Shown: in pieces, positions 10,368 to 21,279 of the stretch
How the letters are laid out: every line of letters begins with the position of its first letter
Position numbering within the stretch: the first letter of the stretch is position 1
Source: Nostoc sp.
GTDB taxonomy: Bacteria > Cyanobacteriota > Cyanobacteriia > Cyanobacteriales > Nostocaceae
Reading direction: 5' to 3'
NCBI GenBank assembly: GCA_036918135.1
Contig: JBALDB010000056.1
Coordinates: 32,001-96,000, forward strand
DNA: 64,000 nucleotides
Position numbers and translations under genes: made by a program
The notes under the pieces: generated by a model
What the model saw: only the letters and a program-made list of their open reading frames with translations
Told to the model about the DNA's origin: nothing
Database searches by the model: none

Positions 10368-11524
10368 CAACGACTCCTGTGAAAATAATTCGTAATACTC
10401 GCCAATGGCGAGAAGCAAGCTATGTGTTTTTCGTAATCTTTACAAATTAAGTACTGTACAAGTTAACAATCATGTGATATCAAAGACATTAATAAATCTG
10501 TATAGTAGATTGTATCGTTACTCCATCACTGGAATATTCGACTACAGTAAAACTACATATTCCCTTCAGATTTTACGGAAATGACACTAGCTTTTAATAA
10601 GTAACTGGGTAGGAAAACTTATCGTTGAGAGAAGGCAGAAGGGAAGAAACCTTTTTTATACTTGGTTGTAGGATTTTCTTGTGCTTGACTGACTTGTAAG
10701 TGGGAGTAGAAAGTGGGGAAAAGACCAGTTTTATGCTTGGTGATGTACGAAGTTCATCGGGACTGCCTCATCTGAGCAAATCGCGTTAGCTCCCTAAGTG
10801 AACTATATGAAGCTTTTATGAAGTTGATAGTTGCTTGTCCAGAAAAGTCTTCAAGTTCAAACATAAAATTCTCTTATGTATTTTTGAAGGCAATTCAATA
10901 TCATAAATTTATTTTTAGTACAAACAAAAATTACTTTTTTGGCAAAAATAGCAAGCATTTTAATTAAAAAGCCAACTAAGTTTCCCAAGATATCATTTTT
11001 CAATAATATCCAGAAATATATCTGACAAAAGATTAAATTAAAGTTTATGTTTTTGTAGTCAAGTATTAGCTTTACATTAATCTGTATTTTGAAGCTTTGG
11101 TAAATATATTGATGTATTCGGAGTTATTGATAAATAATTAATAAAAAAAAATTATATTTAATACAACACTTTACTTTACTTAGTCTGAATTGAAGAAATA
11201 TTTTCCAGATATTTATTCAAAAATATTTGGGCAATTTTCAACATAAATAAATGAAATCATGGCGGTTTTCATCACTATTTAGATTTAGATGATTATTGAT
11301 GATATTGTCTGATTTTTTCAATATTCTTATAGCAGCGATCCCAAGGTTAATGCACAAAAGTGAGAACTCGTAAGGCTTCTGGAAAAAGTTTTACTCTCCT
11401 GACAGTATTCATACCTTTATCAATTTATTAAATTTAAATTGTATAAATCAAATTCTAGTGTTGTTACCTAAATAAATATTGCATTCAATAATGTTGAAAA
11501 AAACTCAAGTATTTTTTAAAAATT

Positions 11525-12826
11525 ATGACTGTAACAACCCATGCTCAAATTTGTATTCTAGGTGGTGGATTTGCTGGAATATACACTGCCTTGCATCTAG
11601 ATAAATTGTTTTGTAAGGGATCGGCCAAACCCAAGATTATTCTGATAGATCGAAACGAGCGTTTTCTGTTTACACCCTTTCTATATGAGTTGATCGCTCA
11701 AGAACTGATGCCGTGGGAAATAGCACCTGCCTATCTCAAGTTGTTGCGAGGAACTAATATTAGGTTCTGTAGAGGTACAGTCCAGCAAATCGATCTCAAC
11801 AATTGCCAAGTGCAAATGCGAGATGGGCAAGTTTTGACCTACGATCGCCTTGTTTTGGCAGTTGGCAGAGAAACCTCATTAGAAAAAATTCCTGGTGCTG
11901 CTAAATATGCCTTTTCCTTTCGGACATTAGATGATGCCGAACGGCTAGATGAATATTTGCGATCGCTAGAAGTTTCGGATCGGCAAATTATCCGCATAGC
12001 GATCGCGGGTGGCGGTTCAAGTGGTGTAGAGTTAGCAGGTAAACTAAGCGATCGTTTGCAGGATCGAGGCCGCATTTACCTGATTGAACGAGGGGAAAAA
12101 CTTTTAAAGTCTTTCACAACCTTTAGCCAGAGAACAGCCTATCAGGTCTTAGCCAAGCGTGGCGTCAGAATTCACTTAAAAACCAACATTCTATCTATTA
12201 CTTCTGACTCGATTATTTTGGAACATCAAGGTCAGGAGAAAAACCTTCCAGTGGACTTGGTACTTTCAACTACAGGAACTTGCGTTAACCGTTCATTGCA
12301 GTATCTCAATCATCCCCAGAATCTTCAAGGGCAACTGCTGACTCGTTCCACACTACAACTTATAAATCGTCCAGAAGTCTTTGCCTTGGGAGATTTAGCT
12401 GATATCCGCGATCGACACGGCAAACAAATTCCATCTACAGCCCAGGCTGCTTATCAGCAAGCAAGTTGTGCAGCTTATAATCTCCGGGCGTCTCTAGCAA
12501 AGCAATCCCTACGACACTTTCATTATTTACATCTGGGAGAAATGCTCACTTTAGGCACAAATACAGCGATCGTTTCTAGCCTTGGTTTCATCAATTTCAA
12601 AGGACATTTAGGTCATGTGATTCGCCGATTAGTTTATCTGTTGCTGCGAATGCCAACCTTCAAGCATCGCATTCAAGTCGGCAAGCATTGGCTAGCCAAA
12701 TTATTGTCTAGTAGTACCCACGGAAGAACTAATAATCGCCCTTACTCAGCTAACTATACTAACCACGACTCAAAATTTAAAACCAGAGTTGAGTTAAACG
12801 GTAAAAGCAAAACACCTAAATCATAA
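11525..12826 (+). CDS. Type-2 NAD(P)H:quinone oxidoreductase, NdbB/NDC1-like
   Basis: Two Rossmann motifs (ILGGGFAG, IAGGGSSGVELAG), FLFTPFLYEL...WEIAP, FALGD, TAQAAYQQA, GEMLTLG. Confidence 0.88.
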   Translation: MTVTTHAQICILGGGFAGIYTALHLDKLFCKGSAKPKIILIDRNERFLFTPFLYELIAQELMPWEIAPAYLKLLRGTNIRFCRGTVQQIDLNNCQVQMRDGQVLTYDRLVLAVGRETSLEKIPGAAKYAFSFRTLDDAERLDEYLRSLEVSDRQIIRIAIAGGGSSGVELAGKLSDRLQDRGRIYLIERGEKLLKSFTTFSQRTAYQVLAKRGVRIHLKTNILSITSDSIILEHQGQEKNLPVDLVLSTTGTCVNRSLQYLNHPQNLQGQLLTRSTLQLINRPEVFALGDLADIRDRHGKQIPSTAQAAYQQASCAAYNLRASLAKQSLRHFHYLHLGEMLTLGTNTAIVSSLGFINFKGHLGHVIRRLVYLLLRMPTFKHRIQVGKHWLAKLLSSSTHGRTNNRPYSANYTNHDSKFKTRVELNGKSKTPKS

Positions 12827-12846
12827 GCAGTTAAGGTAGCAATCTC

Positions 12847-14811
12847 ATGATCTCCAACGCATCTTTAAAAGCACAAATAAAGAGCCTGTATCAAGATAAG
12901 AAAATTATCTTTCTTCATGCCTCATTTGCTATTATATGGTCGATAGCTATTTGGCTAATGTATCTCATATTTCCCAATCAGATAGGAACTCGCATCCAAC
13001 TTTCAAGAATCATCCTCATTGGTATTTTCATTCAACTCTTCGTTTTGGGATTCCAAAAACGCAGCTATTTACTAAAAACCATTCGGGAATTCTTTAGCGG
13101 AAAAACATATCCGATAAATTTGGCTATATTTCGGATATTTCTGTTTGGAACTATATTAGTGTTAGTCATTAATAATTTTTCTCACATTGTATGGTTAAGC
13201 CAATTCCCGAAAGAATTGTTTGTTTTTCCCTTCGGTGCAAAGTGGCTATTTCCTCTAATTCCCATAAATGGAACGCTAGCTCAGATAAGTTGTTGGCTGT
13301 TAATTATTTGTTCGTTTACAGCCATGATTGGGCTTTTTACCCGTAGTTCAGCATGGCTGACTGTAATTCTCGGTTTCTACGCTCTGGGTATTCCTCAGTC
13401 TTTTGGTAAAGTCGATCACTACCATCACTTATTATGGTTTGCTGCCATTTTAGGCGTTAGTCGATGTGCCGATATCTTATCATTGGATGCTATTTTTATG
13501 GCTTGGAAACGAGCCGATCGCGGTCAAGTAGAACCTCCTGGTCTTTCTCAAATCTATGCCTTACCATTACGTTTCACTTGGCTGTTATTTGACGTTATTT
13601 ACTTTTTTCCAGGACTGTATAAAGTATGGATTCCTGGTTTCGATTGGGTATTTACTGATAATTTAAAGTATCAAATATTTTTTAAATGGCTTGAGTGGAA
13701 TGAAATAGATGGCTGGAACCCGCTGTTCAGATTAGATGGATATCCAGTCTTATATCGTTCGGCAGCTATTGGCTCAATTTGTTTTGAGTTAGCTTTTGTG
13801 GTTCTAGTATTCTTCCCTATAACTCGCTATCTAGCAGCTTTTGGAGGACTGCTTTTGCATAATATGATTGGTATGGTAATGCATATCCACTTCTTACTTC
13901 TCCAAACTTGCTATGTGGTATTTTTTGAGTGGAATGCTATTTTTTATTGGATTGGGAATCGGCTTTTTCCTACCGAGATGTATGTTGTATATGACGGCAA
14001 TTGTAAGCTCTGCCGTCGGACAATTGCAACTTTAAAAGTGTTTGATATTTTTGGTCGATTAAAATTTGTCAACGCGCTGGATAATGAAGACCTTAAGACC
14101 CACAATCTTCTCTGGCTAGACAAACAGGCGCTATTAGCTGATATGCACGCAGTTCTTCAAAGAAAATCCTGGAAGGGTTTCCAAGCATACCGAGTTTTAG
14201 CAGCACGAATTCCCATTTTTTGGACAATTTTACCTTTACTATATGTTTGGCCTATACCAGATATTGGTAATCGTATTTATCGGCGCGTTGCTGATTCTCG
14301 TACTTGTAGTCGGCCTGAAGCTGAAATTCCTAAGACTCAAAAACGAAATTATCAACTCCCAAATTCTTCCCAGGCACTTGTAGTCATAGCTGTTGCATTG
14401 CTTATCGGGAATATCCTACTGGGTTTAATACAAAAAAGGTGGGCTTGGCCTCTGGCTTGCTATCCAACGTTTTCAGAGATAATAGGCCCCCAAGTAGAAA
14501 CTATCCAAATTGTGCCTCTAAATGCAGCAGGTGCGCCTTTCAATTTGGAACTAAAAGACTTCAAGCAAAAAATGGGTCCAACAAAGTTTAAAGCGTTGGT
14601 TGACGATATTTTTGCATCAAAGGAAAAGAAAAAAGATGTAATCTCTCAAGAGCAAAGGGTCAGTTCTCTTTGGCAACTAATTAGCGATAATCATCCCAAC
14701 CTCCCTCAAGCTAAATCAGTTCAATTTTTTAAAAATACACTATGGAACGATCCCCAAAAACTATCGGAGAATCCGATAGATAGTTCGCTAATTTATGAAC
14801 TTAAATTGTAG
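12847..14811 (+). CDS. HTTM-type polytopic membrane protein with an internal DCC (DUF393-like) thiol-disulfide oxidoreductase domain
   Basis: HTTM-like motifs LAIFRI, IGLFTR, SLDA, YFFPGLYK, FEL, LLLH; DCC signature VVYDGNCKLCRR and YRRVADSR; 20 bp after the oxidoreductase gene. Confidence 0.75.
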   Translation: MISNASLKAQIKSLYQDKKIIFLHASFAIIWSIAIWLMYLIFPNQIGTRIQLSRIILIGIFIQLFVLGFQKRSYLLKTIREFFSGKTYPINLAIFRIFLFGTILVLVINNFSHIVWLSQFPKELFVFPFGAKWLFPLIPINGTLAQISCWLLIICSFTAMIGLFTRSSAWLTVILGFYALGIPQSFGKVDHYHHLLWFAAILGVSRCADILSLDAIFMAWKRADRGQVEPPGLSQIYALPLRFTWLLFDVIYFFPGLYKVWIPGFDWVFTDNLKYQIFFKWLEWNEIDGWNPLFRLDGYPVLYRSAAIGSICFELAFVVLVFFPITRYLAAFGGLLLHNMIGMVMHIHFLLLQTCYVVFFEWNAIFYWIGNRLFPTEMYVVYDGNCKLCRRTIATLKVFDIFGRLKFVNALDNEDLKTHNLLWLDKQALLADMHAVLQRKSWKGFQAYRVLAARIPIFWTILPLLYVWPIPDIGNRIYRRVADSRTCSRPEAEIPKTQKRNYQLPNSSQALVVIAVALLIGNILLGLIQKRWAWPLACYPTFSEIIGPQVETIQIVPLNAAGAPFNLELKDFKQKMGPTKFKALVDDIFASKEKKKDVISQEQRVSSLWQLISDNHPNLPQAKSVQFFKNTLWNDPQKLSENPIDSSLIYELKL

Positions 14812-14910
14812 AGCCAAAAGCATATCAATTAGGGTATTCATTCTTGTGGGGTGGGCAAGATGCGTGCCCTATAGACTATGTAGGCAATATCTCCACTCCA
14901 CAGTAGTAAT

Positions 14911-17253
14911 TTATTTCTTGGAGTTCTCTAACAAATTATGCCCAACAGCGACTTGATATAAAGATTGAATTGTTAATCCATCACTGGGGTATTGGACTAC
15001 AGCAAAATTACATGTTACCTGAAAGCGATCGCCATCGAATGCTGTGAATATTTGCTGGCGTAAAGTAGTTAAAATCTCGCTCAGGCGATGGTTGATTTCT
15101 GGTTTTGTTAACCCAGAAATTCCCACTACAAAATCTCCGTTACCCCAATAACCTAGCACTTCACCACTACAAAATTCTGATTGGAATAAACGACTCCATC
15201 TTTGTAATACTTGGTTACCAGCTTCATGACCATACTTAATATTAATTTGACGCAAATCATTCACGCTCAAAATCGCCAAACAAACAGATTGCTGATTTTT
15301 CTCGGCTTGAGTAATCAAATGTTCCAAGTTGCGGCGAGACTGAAACTGATTTGCCAGTCCAGTTAGGGAATCTTTGGTAGAAAGGGACTGAAGTAAACGA
15401 CTGCGTTCTAGGCGATGGGTAATGCGTGCTAACAATTCTGCGCCAACAACAGGTTTAATCACATAATCATCTCCGCCAACAGCAAACACTTGCTGGACAA
15501 TTTTGATTTCTCGATGAGCAGTGAGAAAGACAATCGGTAATTCTTGCCATTGAGGATCGGTACGAACTGCTTGACAAAGTTCGATACCATTGATTTGGGG
15601 CATGTCCACATCTAAAATCAACAAATCCGGTGTAGTAGATTGCAGTACCTCCCAAAAACGTAAGGGATTGTCCAATGCTGTCATCCGCATACCCCAAGGT
15701 TCTAACATTGGGCGCAGTGCTGCTAAAATTAGAGGATCGTCATCTACTACCAATACGTTTATCCGCAAAGAACGAGTACGCTGTAATAGTTGCGACGAAA
15801 CATCCCACACCTGAGCAGCTGTTACAGGTTGGGCTAGAAAACCCCGTGCCCCGCACTGAGCAAAAGTTACGCGTTCTACTAACTCATCAGTCTCAGCCAG
15901 CACCAGCACGGGTACGGGTGGGGTACGCGTCGCTAATTCGGACAGCAGTGCTAAACTTTCTTGCCGCCACCCTACCTCCATAACATTTAGTACTACTAAA
16001 TCTGGGGATATAGTTTGGAGAAAGTTTTTTGCATCCTCTAAGTTAGTTATTTGCTGCCAACACATTCCCATGCATTCAACAAGTTGTTGCAACTGAGAAC
16101 CTAATTGAGGATTGGGGTCAATTAATATTAATTGGCTACAAATTTCTGGGGCGATCGCACTAGTAGTTTGATTATCTACCTTTTGCCCCATCTGATTGAT
16201 TAATTTACTCAAATCTTCAATCAATGACAGCAATTGCCGCTTTTGACTTGAAGATAAATCGCCATCTTTGCCTAAAATCTGTTCAATTTCCCGCGCTATT
16301 TGAGTGCCATTGTCTTGTTCAAACATGCCCAAGACACCAGCTAGTTTGTGCGCCTCTCGTTCTGCGGATTTGCGTAACTCCTGAGTCAGGGTTTTATTAG
16401 AAAGTGCTGCTGCTAATTCTTCCAGCACCGCTAATCGCTGCACCATCAACCCTTCATATTGCTTCCACAAGCCACCCATTGCTTCCTGAAATTGCTCCTC
16501 TACATGAAGACTTGGGATTTGCGATTTTTCTTTTTCCCCCTGCTCCCTGCTAAGAGCTCCCTTGCCTTTATCCACAGCAGGATTCAGCCGATATCCCAAG
16601 CCATAAACGTTTTCAATCCAGTCTACTGCTCCGGCGGCTTTCAACTTTTGTCTTAAATATTTGATATGTGATTTTACAGTCTCTTCCTGAGGTGGATCGT
16701 CAAAAGTCCACAAATGCTCAATGATATCTCCGCGACTAAAAACACGCGATGGATTCCTTAGAAATAGCTCCACCAAACTGTATTCTTTAGCGGTTAATTC
16801 TAATAGTTTGTTGTTATAGGTGACTTCGCAACTACTGGGATCTAGTCGGAGTCCGCCTACTTCTAGTATCGGGGTAACAGGGCGATCGCCGCGACGTAGC
16901 AGCGCCCGTATCCTTGCTTGCAGTTCTCCCAAGTCCAAAGGTTTGATCAGATAATCATCTGCACCTGCATCAAGTCCCTGAATCCGCTCTTTAGTACCAT
17001 CTTTCGCAGTCATCAACAGAATCGGAGTGAAACACCCACCAGTACGTAATCGCTGACACAATGTAATCCCGTCTAGTTTCGGCAATCCTACATCTATCAG
17101 CAGCAGGTCGTAGCTGGCATTTTGAGTGTATTCCCAGCCCATTTGTCCATCTTGTGCTATATCAACAACATAGTGTTGTTTAGCAAGAGATTTCAACAAG
17201 ACACTTGCTAAAACTTCTTCATCTTCAATTAGCAAGATTCTCATCGCACCCAT
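14911..17253 (-). CDS. Multi-domain response regulator, RcaC-like: REC, OmpR wHTH, HPt, two more REC, degenerate GGDEF
   Basis: RILLIEDE..DVGLPKLDG; LTAKEYSLVEL..IENVYGLGYR; AHKLAGVLG; LILDVDMP; DSLTGLAN with WGNGDF in place of GGDEF. Confidence 0.9.
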   Translation of the reverse strand: MGAMRILLIEDEEVLASVLLKSLAKQHYVVDIAQDGQMGWEYTQNASYDLLLIDVGLPKLDGITLCQRLRTGGCFTPILLMTAKDGTKERIQGLDAGADDYLIKPLDLGELQARIRALLRRGDRPVTPILEVGGLRLDPSSCEVTYNNKLLELTAKEYSLVELFLRNPSRVFSRGDIIEHLWTFDDPPQEETVKSHIKYLRQKLKAAGAVDWIENVYGLGYRLNPAVDKGKGALSREQGEKEKSQIPSLHVEEQFQEAMGGLWKQYEGLMVQRLAVLEELAAALSNKTLTQELRKSAEREAHKLAGVLGMFEQDNGTQIAREIEQILGKDGDLSSSQKRQLLSLIEDLSKLINQMGQKVDNQTTSAIAPEICSQLILIDPNPQLGSQLQQLVECMGMCWQQITNLEDAKNFLQTISPDLVVLNVMEVGWRQESLALLSELATRTPPVPVLVLAETDELVERVTFAQCGARGFLAQPVTAAQVWDVSSQLLQRTRSLRINVLVVDDDPLILAALRPMLEPWGMRMTALDNPLRFWEVLQSTTPDLLILDVDMPQINGIELCQAVRTDPQWQELPIVFLTAHREIKIVQQVFAVGGDDYVIKPVVGAELLARITHRLERSRLLQSLSTKDSLTGLANQFQSRRNLEHLITQAEKNQQSVCLAILSVNDLRQINIKYGHEAGNQVLQRWSRLFQSEFCSGEVLGYWGNGDFVVGISGLTKPEINHRLSEILTTLRQQIFTAFDGDRFQVTCNFAVVQYPSDGLTIQSLYQVAVGHNLLENSKK

Positions 17254-17356
17254 CCAATATATAACTTGCTACCTTCCCCAAAAAAAATAGTAGACTAAAT
17301 AGTTAATTTTCTACATGAAAAAAATATAAATAAATAATCTCTTCAACATGTATCAT

Positions 17357-17962
17357 TTATGTTTGCAACTCTTCTGAAGGTTGGGCAATGAATCCGGTTT
17401 TCACTCCACGCTTGAATCCTGCGCGTTCATAGAAGTGCAACGTTTCCTCACTTTTTGAGCTAGTTAAAAGCATGACTTTGTAACACTGTTGTTGCCATGC
17501 TAAATCCAAGGCATAATGCAACACTCGCGTAGCAAATCCCTGTCGTCGATAATATGAGTGGGTAACAACATTTTCAATAATACCGTATGGACGTGCGCCG
17601 CGTGTCAAGTTGGGAACAATGGTTAAGTTACATGTAGCAACTAACTCGCCACCAATGTCGGCAACTATGTAATACAAATGTGGATTGTCGAGAATTTTAT
17701 TCCAGATGGACTGTAATACGTCGTTAGCAGGTAGAGGTGCATCAACGGGATTGAGATGTTGATACAACGCTAGAAGTTGAGGAAGTTCGTCGCGTGCAAT
17801 TAGGCGAACGGTAATTAGGGGTTTAGACAAAGCTGTATCGTTTTGGATTTTGGATGATGAATCGCCTTGTGTGTCCGGTTTGGTGGGAGTAAATCTGTGA
17901 GAATCATTTTTCAAATTGGCGTAATTATCGCAGAAAGTCTGTTTGAGAATTTGCCTGTTCAC
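17357..17962 (-). CDS. GNAT family N-acetyltransferase
   Basis: IENVVTHSYYRRQGFA acetyl-CoA motif, CYKVMLLT, FYERAGF; GTG start overlaps the upstream stop (GTGA). Confidence 0.88.
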   Translation of the reverse strand: MNRQILKQTFCDNYANLKNDSHRFTPTKPDTQGDSSSKIQNDTALSKPLITVRLIARDELPQLLALYQHLNPVDAPLPANDVLQSIWNKILDNPHLYYIVADIGGELVATCNLTIVPNLTRGARPYGIIENVVTHSYYRRQGFATRVLHYALDLAWQQQCYKVMLLTSSKSEETLHFYERAGFKRGVKTGFIAQPSEELQT

Positions 17963-19644
17963 GCCAATGTTAGTTCAGTACGCACAACTCCAGCACGTTC
18001 GTGACGAGCCAGCAGTTTAACTGTACTACCTTGGGTAGCGCGTACTAACCATTCCACCTTGGCGCGATCGCTGGTAGGATCGCCTTGTCGTCTAGTAGGT
18101 GCTGAGGGCTTGTAGGCACGTCCTTCTAATTGACCTAATTCTTCACGGGGCTTACCTGTTACTAATGTTCCATCAGCAGGCAATTCAATTTCACAAATAC
18201 AGCCTCGTACCAGCTTTTTATCCAAGGCTTTTTGGGTGATATAGGTGGGTAACCAACCTGTATTATGTATAACCATTTGCACTCGATAAGTATCATTACC
18301 CAAGCTATGAACGCTGGCTTGGTAAATTTCTAAACGGGGGGAAATTAACAAGTGCCATACTAGCCACTCAGGAAACAGGGCTATTTCTTTCTCTAAAAAT
18401 TCTGGAGGTGGATTTGTCCAAGCATACATAATATCCCAGCCGCCGAGTTCAATCTGACCGAGTTGGGGATGGTCGAAGGGATACCAATCTACGTAGCCTT
18501 TACCTGCAAGTTTTTCATCATTCCAGCGCAGCAGTTTCAGGTCTTCTTCTACAGGGTGTTCCCGCGACCAATCGACGTATTTGTAATCAGTAATTCCCGC
18601 TTGGCGCTGGGGACTCCATACTTCTACTGTCCAGGCAAATAAACCTTGATATTCATAAGCCCAGTCATCGAATGTACCTGTAGTTACATCTTTGGGGTGA
18701 TAGCGAAAATCGTGAAAAGCAGAAATCGCTGGGTATTGCGTGAGTTCAGTACCTTTTTTACCAATGCGTTGGTAGGTACGGAGGTCATTAACCGGGAATT
18801 CGTCATCACCTAAGTGGGTATAGGGACGGATGAGGACACCACTAAAGGTATGAAAAGCGATCGCCCCTGTAATATTCGCATGTGTGGTGATAAACTCGAC
18901 GAGCGATCGTACTTCTGTTTCCGATGTCGGATAAGAACCAGCCCCCGATTGCTCAAATTCTTGCCGCCACAAAAATGGAAAATTTCGGTTTAAGTCTAAT
19001 CCTTCTTTGGTAGGCTGAATTTGAATCTGAACTCCGTCATAATTTTCTATCAGTCCTTCTGGTAGTAAGCGATAATATTGACCGCCTGTTTCTGTGGGTT
19101 CGCGTCGCACCAATAAGCGTGGTTCGCTGGGGCAGACTTTCCAAGCGCCATTGGCATCGAGGATTCGCATTAGTAAAATCCGGCCATCGCCATCAATGTC
19201 TGACATCACTAACCCGTCGTTGGCTTCCTCATCGTGGGGATAGGGACGAGTGCTTGAGCGAATAAATTTCGGTTTGTCAGCTAATGCCAACTCCGCACCA
19301 TCAGGGTTAACACGCGGACAAATGTAAAAGGTGCGCGTGTCTAAACAACGGGTAATTTCTGGGTGTGTGCCGTAGGCTGTGACTAATGTTTGCAAAAAGT
19401 ACAGGCAAACACTCGACGGTGCTAGTTCAGTAGCGTGGATGTTGCCATCAATCCAGAGAGCAGGTTTTTCAACATCTAAACCAGTGGCAAAATTAGTAAC
19501 TGTCAATAGCCAGATATCGCGTTGTTCGTAACTCTTGCCGATGCTTTCGATGCGTACTAATTGCGGAAATTCCTCGGCGTAACTGTGGAGAATGCCTGTT
19601 AGGTCTTCGTAACGGTAGTATTTATCAAACCGAACGTCTGGCAT
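17959..19644 (-). CDS. M14 family zinc carboxypeptidase
   Basis: IGKSYEQRDI, IDGNIHATE (HxxE), NPDG, DLNRN, FHT. Confidence 0.9.
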   Translation of the reverse strand: MPDVRFDKYYRYEDLTGILHSYAEEFPQLVRIESIGKSYEQRDIWLLTVTNFATGLDVEKPALWIDGNIHATELAPSSVCLYFLQTLVTAYGTHPEITRCLDTRTFYICPRVNPDGAELALADKPKFIRSSTRPYPHDEEANDGLVMSDIDGDGRILLMRILDANGAWKVCPSEPRLLVRREPTETGGQYYRLLPEGLIENYDGVQIQIQPTKEGLDLNRNFPFLWRQEFEQSGAGSYPTSETEVRSLVEFITTHANITGAIAFHTFSGVLIRPYTHLGDDEFPVNDLRTYQRIGKKGTELTQYPAISAFHDFRYHPKDVTTGTFDDWAYEYQGLFAWTVEVWSPQRQAGITDYKYVDWSREHPVEEDLKLLRWNDEKLAGKGYVDWYPFDHPQLGQIELGGWDIMYAWTNPPPEFLEKEIALFPEWLVWHLLISPRLEIYQASVHSLGNDTYRVQMVIHNTGWLPTYITQKALDKKLVRGCICEIELPADGTLVTGKPREELGQLEGRAYKPSAPTRRQGDPTSDRAKVEWLVRATQGSTVKLLARHERAGVVRTELTLA

Positions 19645-19783
19645 AATTAAACCTCACATATCCACCCGTCGATCCTAATTTACAATATCACTGATATAGA
19701 AAGGATAGGCATCGCTAGGATAAATCTCCGATCATTACTAATTAAGCGATCGTCTAAATCTCAGCCAAAGCAAGATATTATAC

Positions 19784-21274
19784 TTATACAACATGATTTT
19801 TTGCGTAACTTTCATATTCTTCTTCTCGATTTAAAACCTGTGCTAGCACGCGCAAATTTAGTCGCTTGAGTAATTCAATAGTTATTGGTCGCTTATCACT
19901 CCAAAAAATCATTGATTCTAAAAACTCTTTAGCAGGTTGCGAATTTAGCATACCAGCAATGAAATATGCTTCAGATTTAGACCAACAAGGCACAAAGTAA
20001 ACTGTATCATCAAAAATAACAGGTTGTCCGTTGATTGGCCCTACTTCTACAAAGTTAAGAGTTTTGTAAAATCCTGATATAGCTACTTTCCAAGGCGTAA
20101 AAGTATATTCACCTACACCAAATATAGAAAATTCTGGACGATTCCGATAGATAGAACTGCTACGCTTCAACAAATCTTCCCGATAATTTTGAAGATATTC
20201 CCATACTCTGGGAGCATCAAATTTTAAGTATGTTGTATCTTCTCCAAGATATCGCTGTGTAACAATAACGTATTTCCTAGAATTAGATGTGCGACCATTA
20301 CTGACATCTGAACTTTTTAAAAGAGGGTAAACATAATCTCTTTCTAAAAAATAAACCTTCCCATAGCCATTAAGGTATTTATCTCCTTGACGTGTAAGTT
20401 CCATTACCTTAGAGCAGTCATGTTTCAAGCCAGAACGCCATCTATATACCGAGTCAATTCCTTGTAAATTAGACCAACGCTGATAATCTTTAATATTAGA
20501 AAAAATAATATTTTGAGCATAACCAAGGGTTTGTGATGCTTCTTGAGCATACAGATTATCAAAAACATCACAATTTATTGATAAATTCCCATCTCCAACC
20601 TGCAAAATCAATAAACAAGCATCTACAGAAGTATTAAAATTTTTTATAGCATCTATACAATATATTTGAGAGCGAACTACTCTATACTTTTGCTGCCAAA
20701 CATGAATCAATATTTTCCTAGCAACAGAAGTTTTACATAACATAGCAATGATGCCAGTACGTTCTTTCAGCCACTCCAAATGTTTAATTAACATCCATTC
20801 TGAAATATCAAAATTACTTTTTCCCGTTAATGCATCATATCCATCCTTTCTTTTAAAGTTGGATTTTTGCGGTAAATTATAACTTCCTATCACACCTAAA
20901 TCTGAGCTTGTTATCCAAGGTGGATTACCAATAATTAATAATGGATCGGCTAATGTATTAATAATATTTAACCAATTTAAACTAAAAAAGTTACTATTAA
21001 TAATATCTATACTCTTAGAAAATTTTTCTTGTATAACTCTTTGTTTTAAATAATTTAGATGTTCTATATTAATATCAACGCCAACAAATTTATTAACACA
21101 AGAAAATATTTTACAAGCGGCTAGCAAAAAAGCTCCACGACCACAAGTAGGCTCTAAAACCGATCCTGGTGTTACACCCAGTTTATTAACGACTTTGGCT
21201 ACTTCTAAGGCTAAATTTTCTGGTGTTTGAAAATCACCAAATTCCCATACATTTTTATCTTTATGTCGTACCAT
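19784..21274 (-). CDS. Amino-DNA methyltransferase of a type II R-M system (M.NspV-like)
   Basis: GDFQTP, SAM motif LEPTCGRGAFL, catalytic GNPPW; AT-rich; adjacent to the endonuclease gene. Confidence 0.88.
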   Translation of the reverse strand: MVRHKDKNVWEFGDFQTPENLALEVAKVVNKLGVTPGSVLEPTCGRGAFLLAACKIFSCVNKFVGVDINIEHLNYLKQRVIQEKFSKSIDIINSNFFSLNWLNIINTLADPLLIIGNPPWITSSDLGVIGSYNLPQKSNFKRKDGYDALTGKSNFDISEWMLIKHLEWLKERTGIIAMLCKTSVARKILIHVWQQKYRVVRSQIYCIDAIKNFNTSVDACLLILQVGDGNLSINCDVFDNLYAQEASQTLGYAQNIIFSNIKDYQRWSNLQGIDSVYRWRSGLKHDCSKVMELTRQGDKYLNGYGKVYFLERDYVYPLLKSSDVSNGRTSNSRKYVIVTQRYLGEDTTYLKFDAPRVWEYLQNYREDLLKRSSSIYRNRPEFSIFGVGEYTFTPWKVAISGFYKTLNFVEVGPINGQPVIFDDTVYFVPCWSKSEAYFIAGMLNSQPAKEFLESMIFWSDKRPITIELLKRLNLRVLAQVLNREEEYESYAKNHVV

Positions 21275-21279
21275 TTCAG

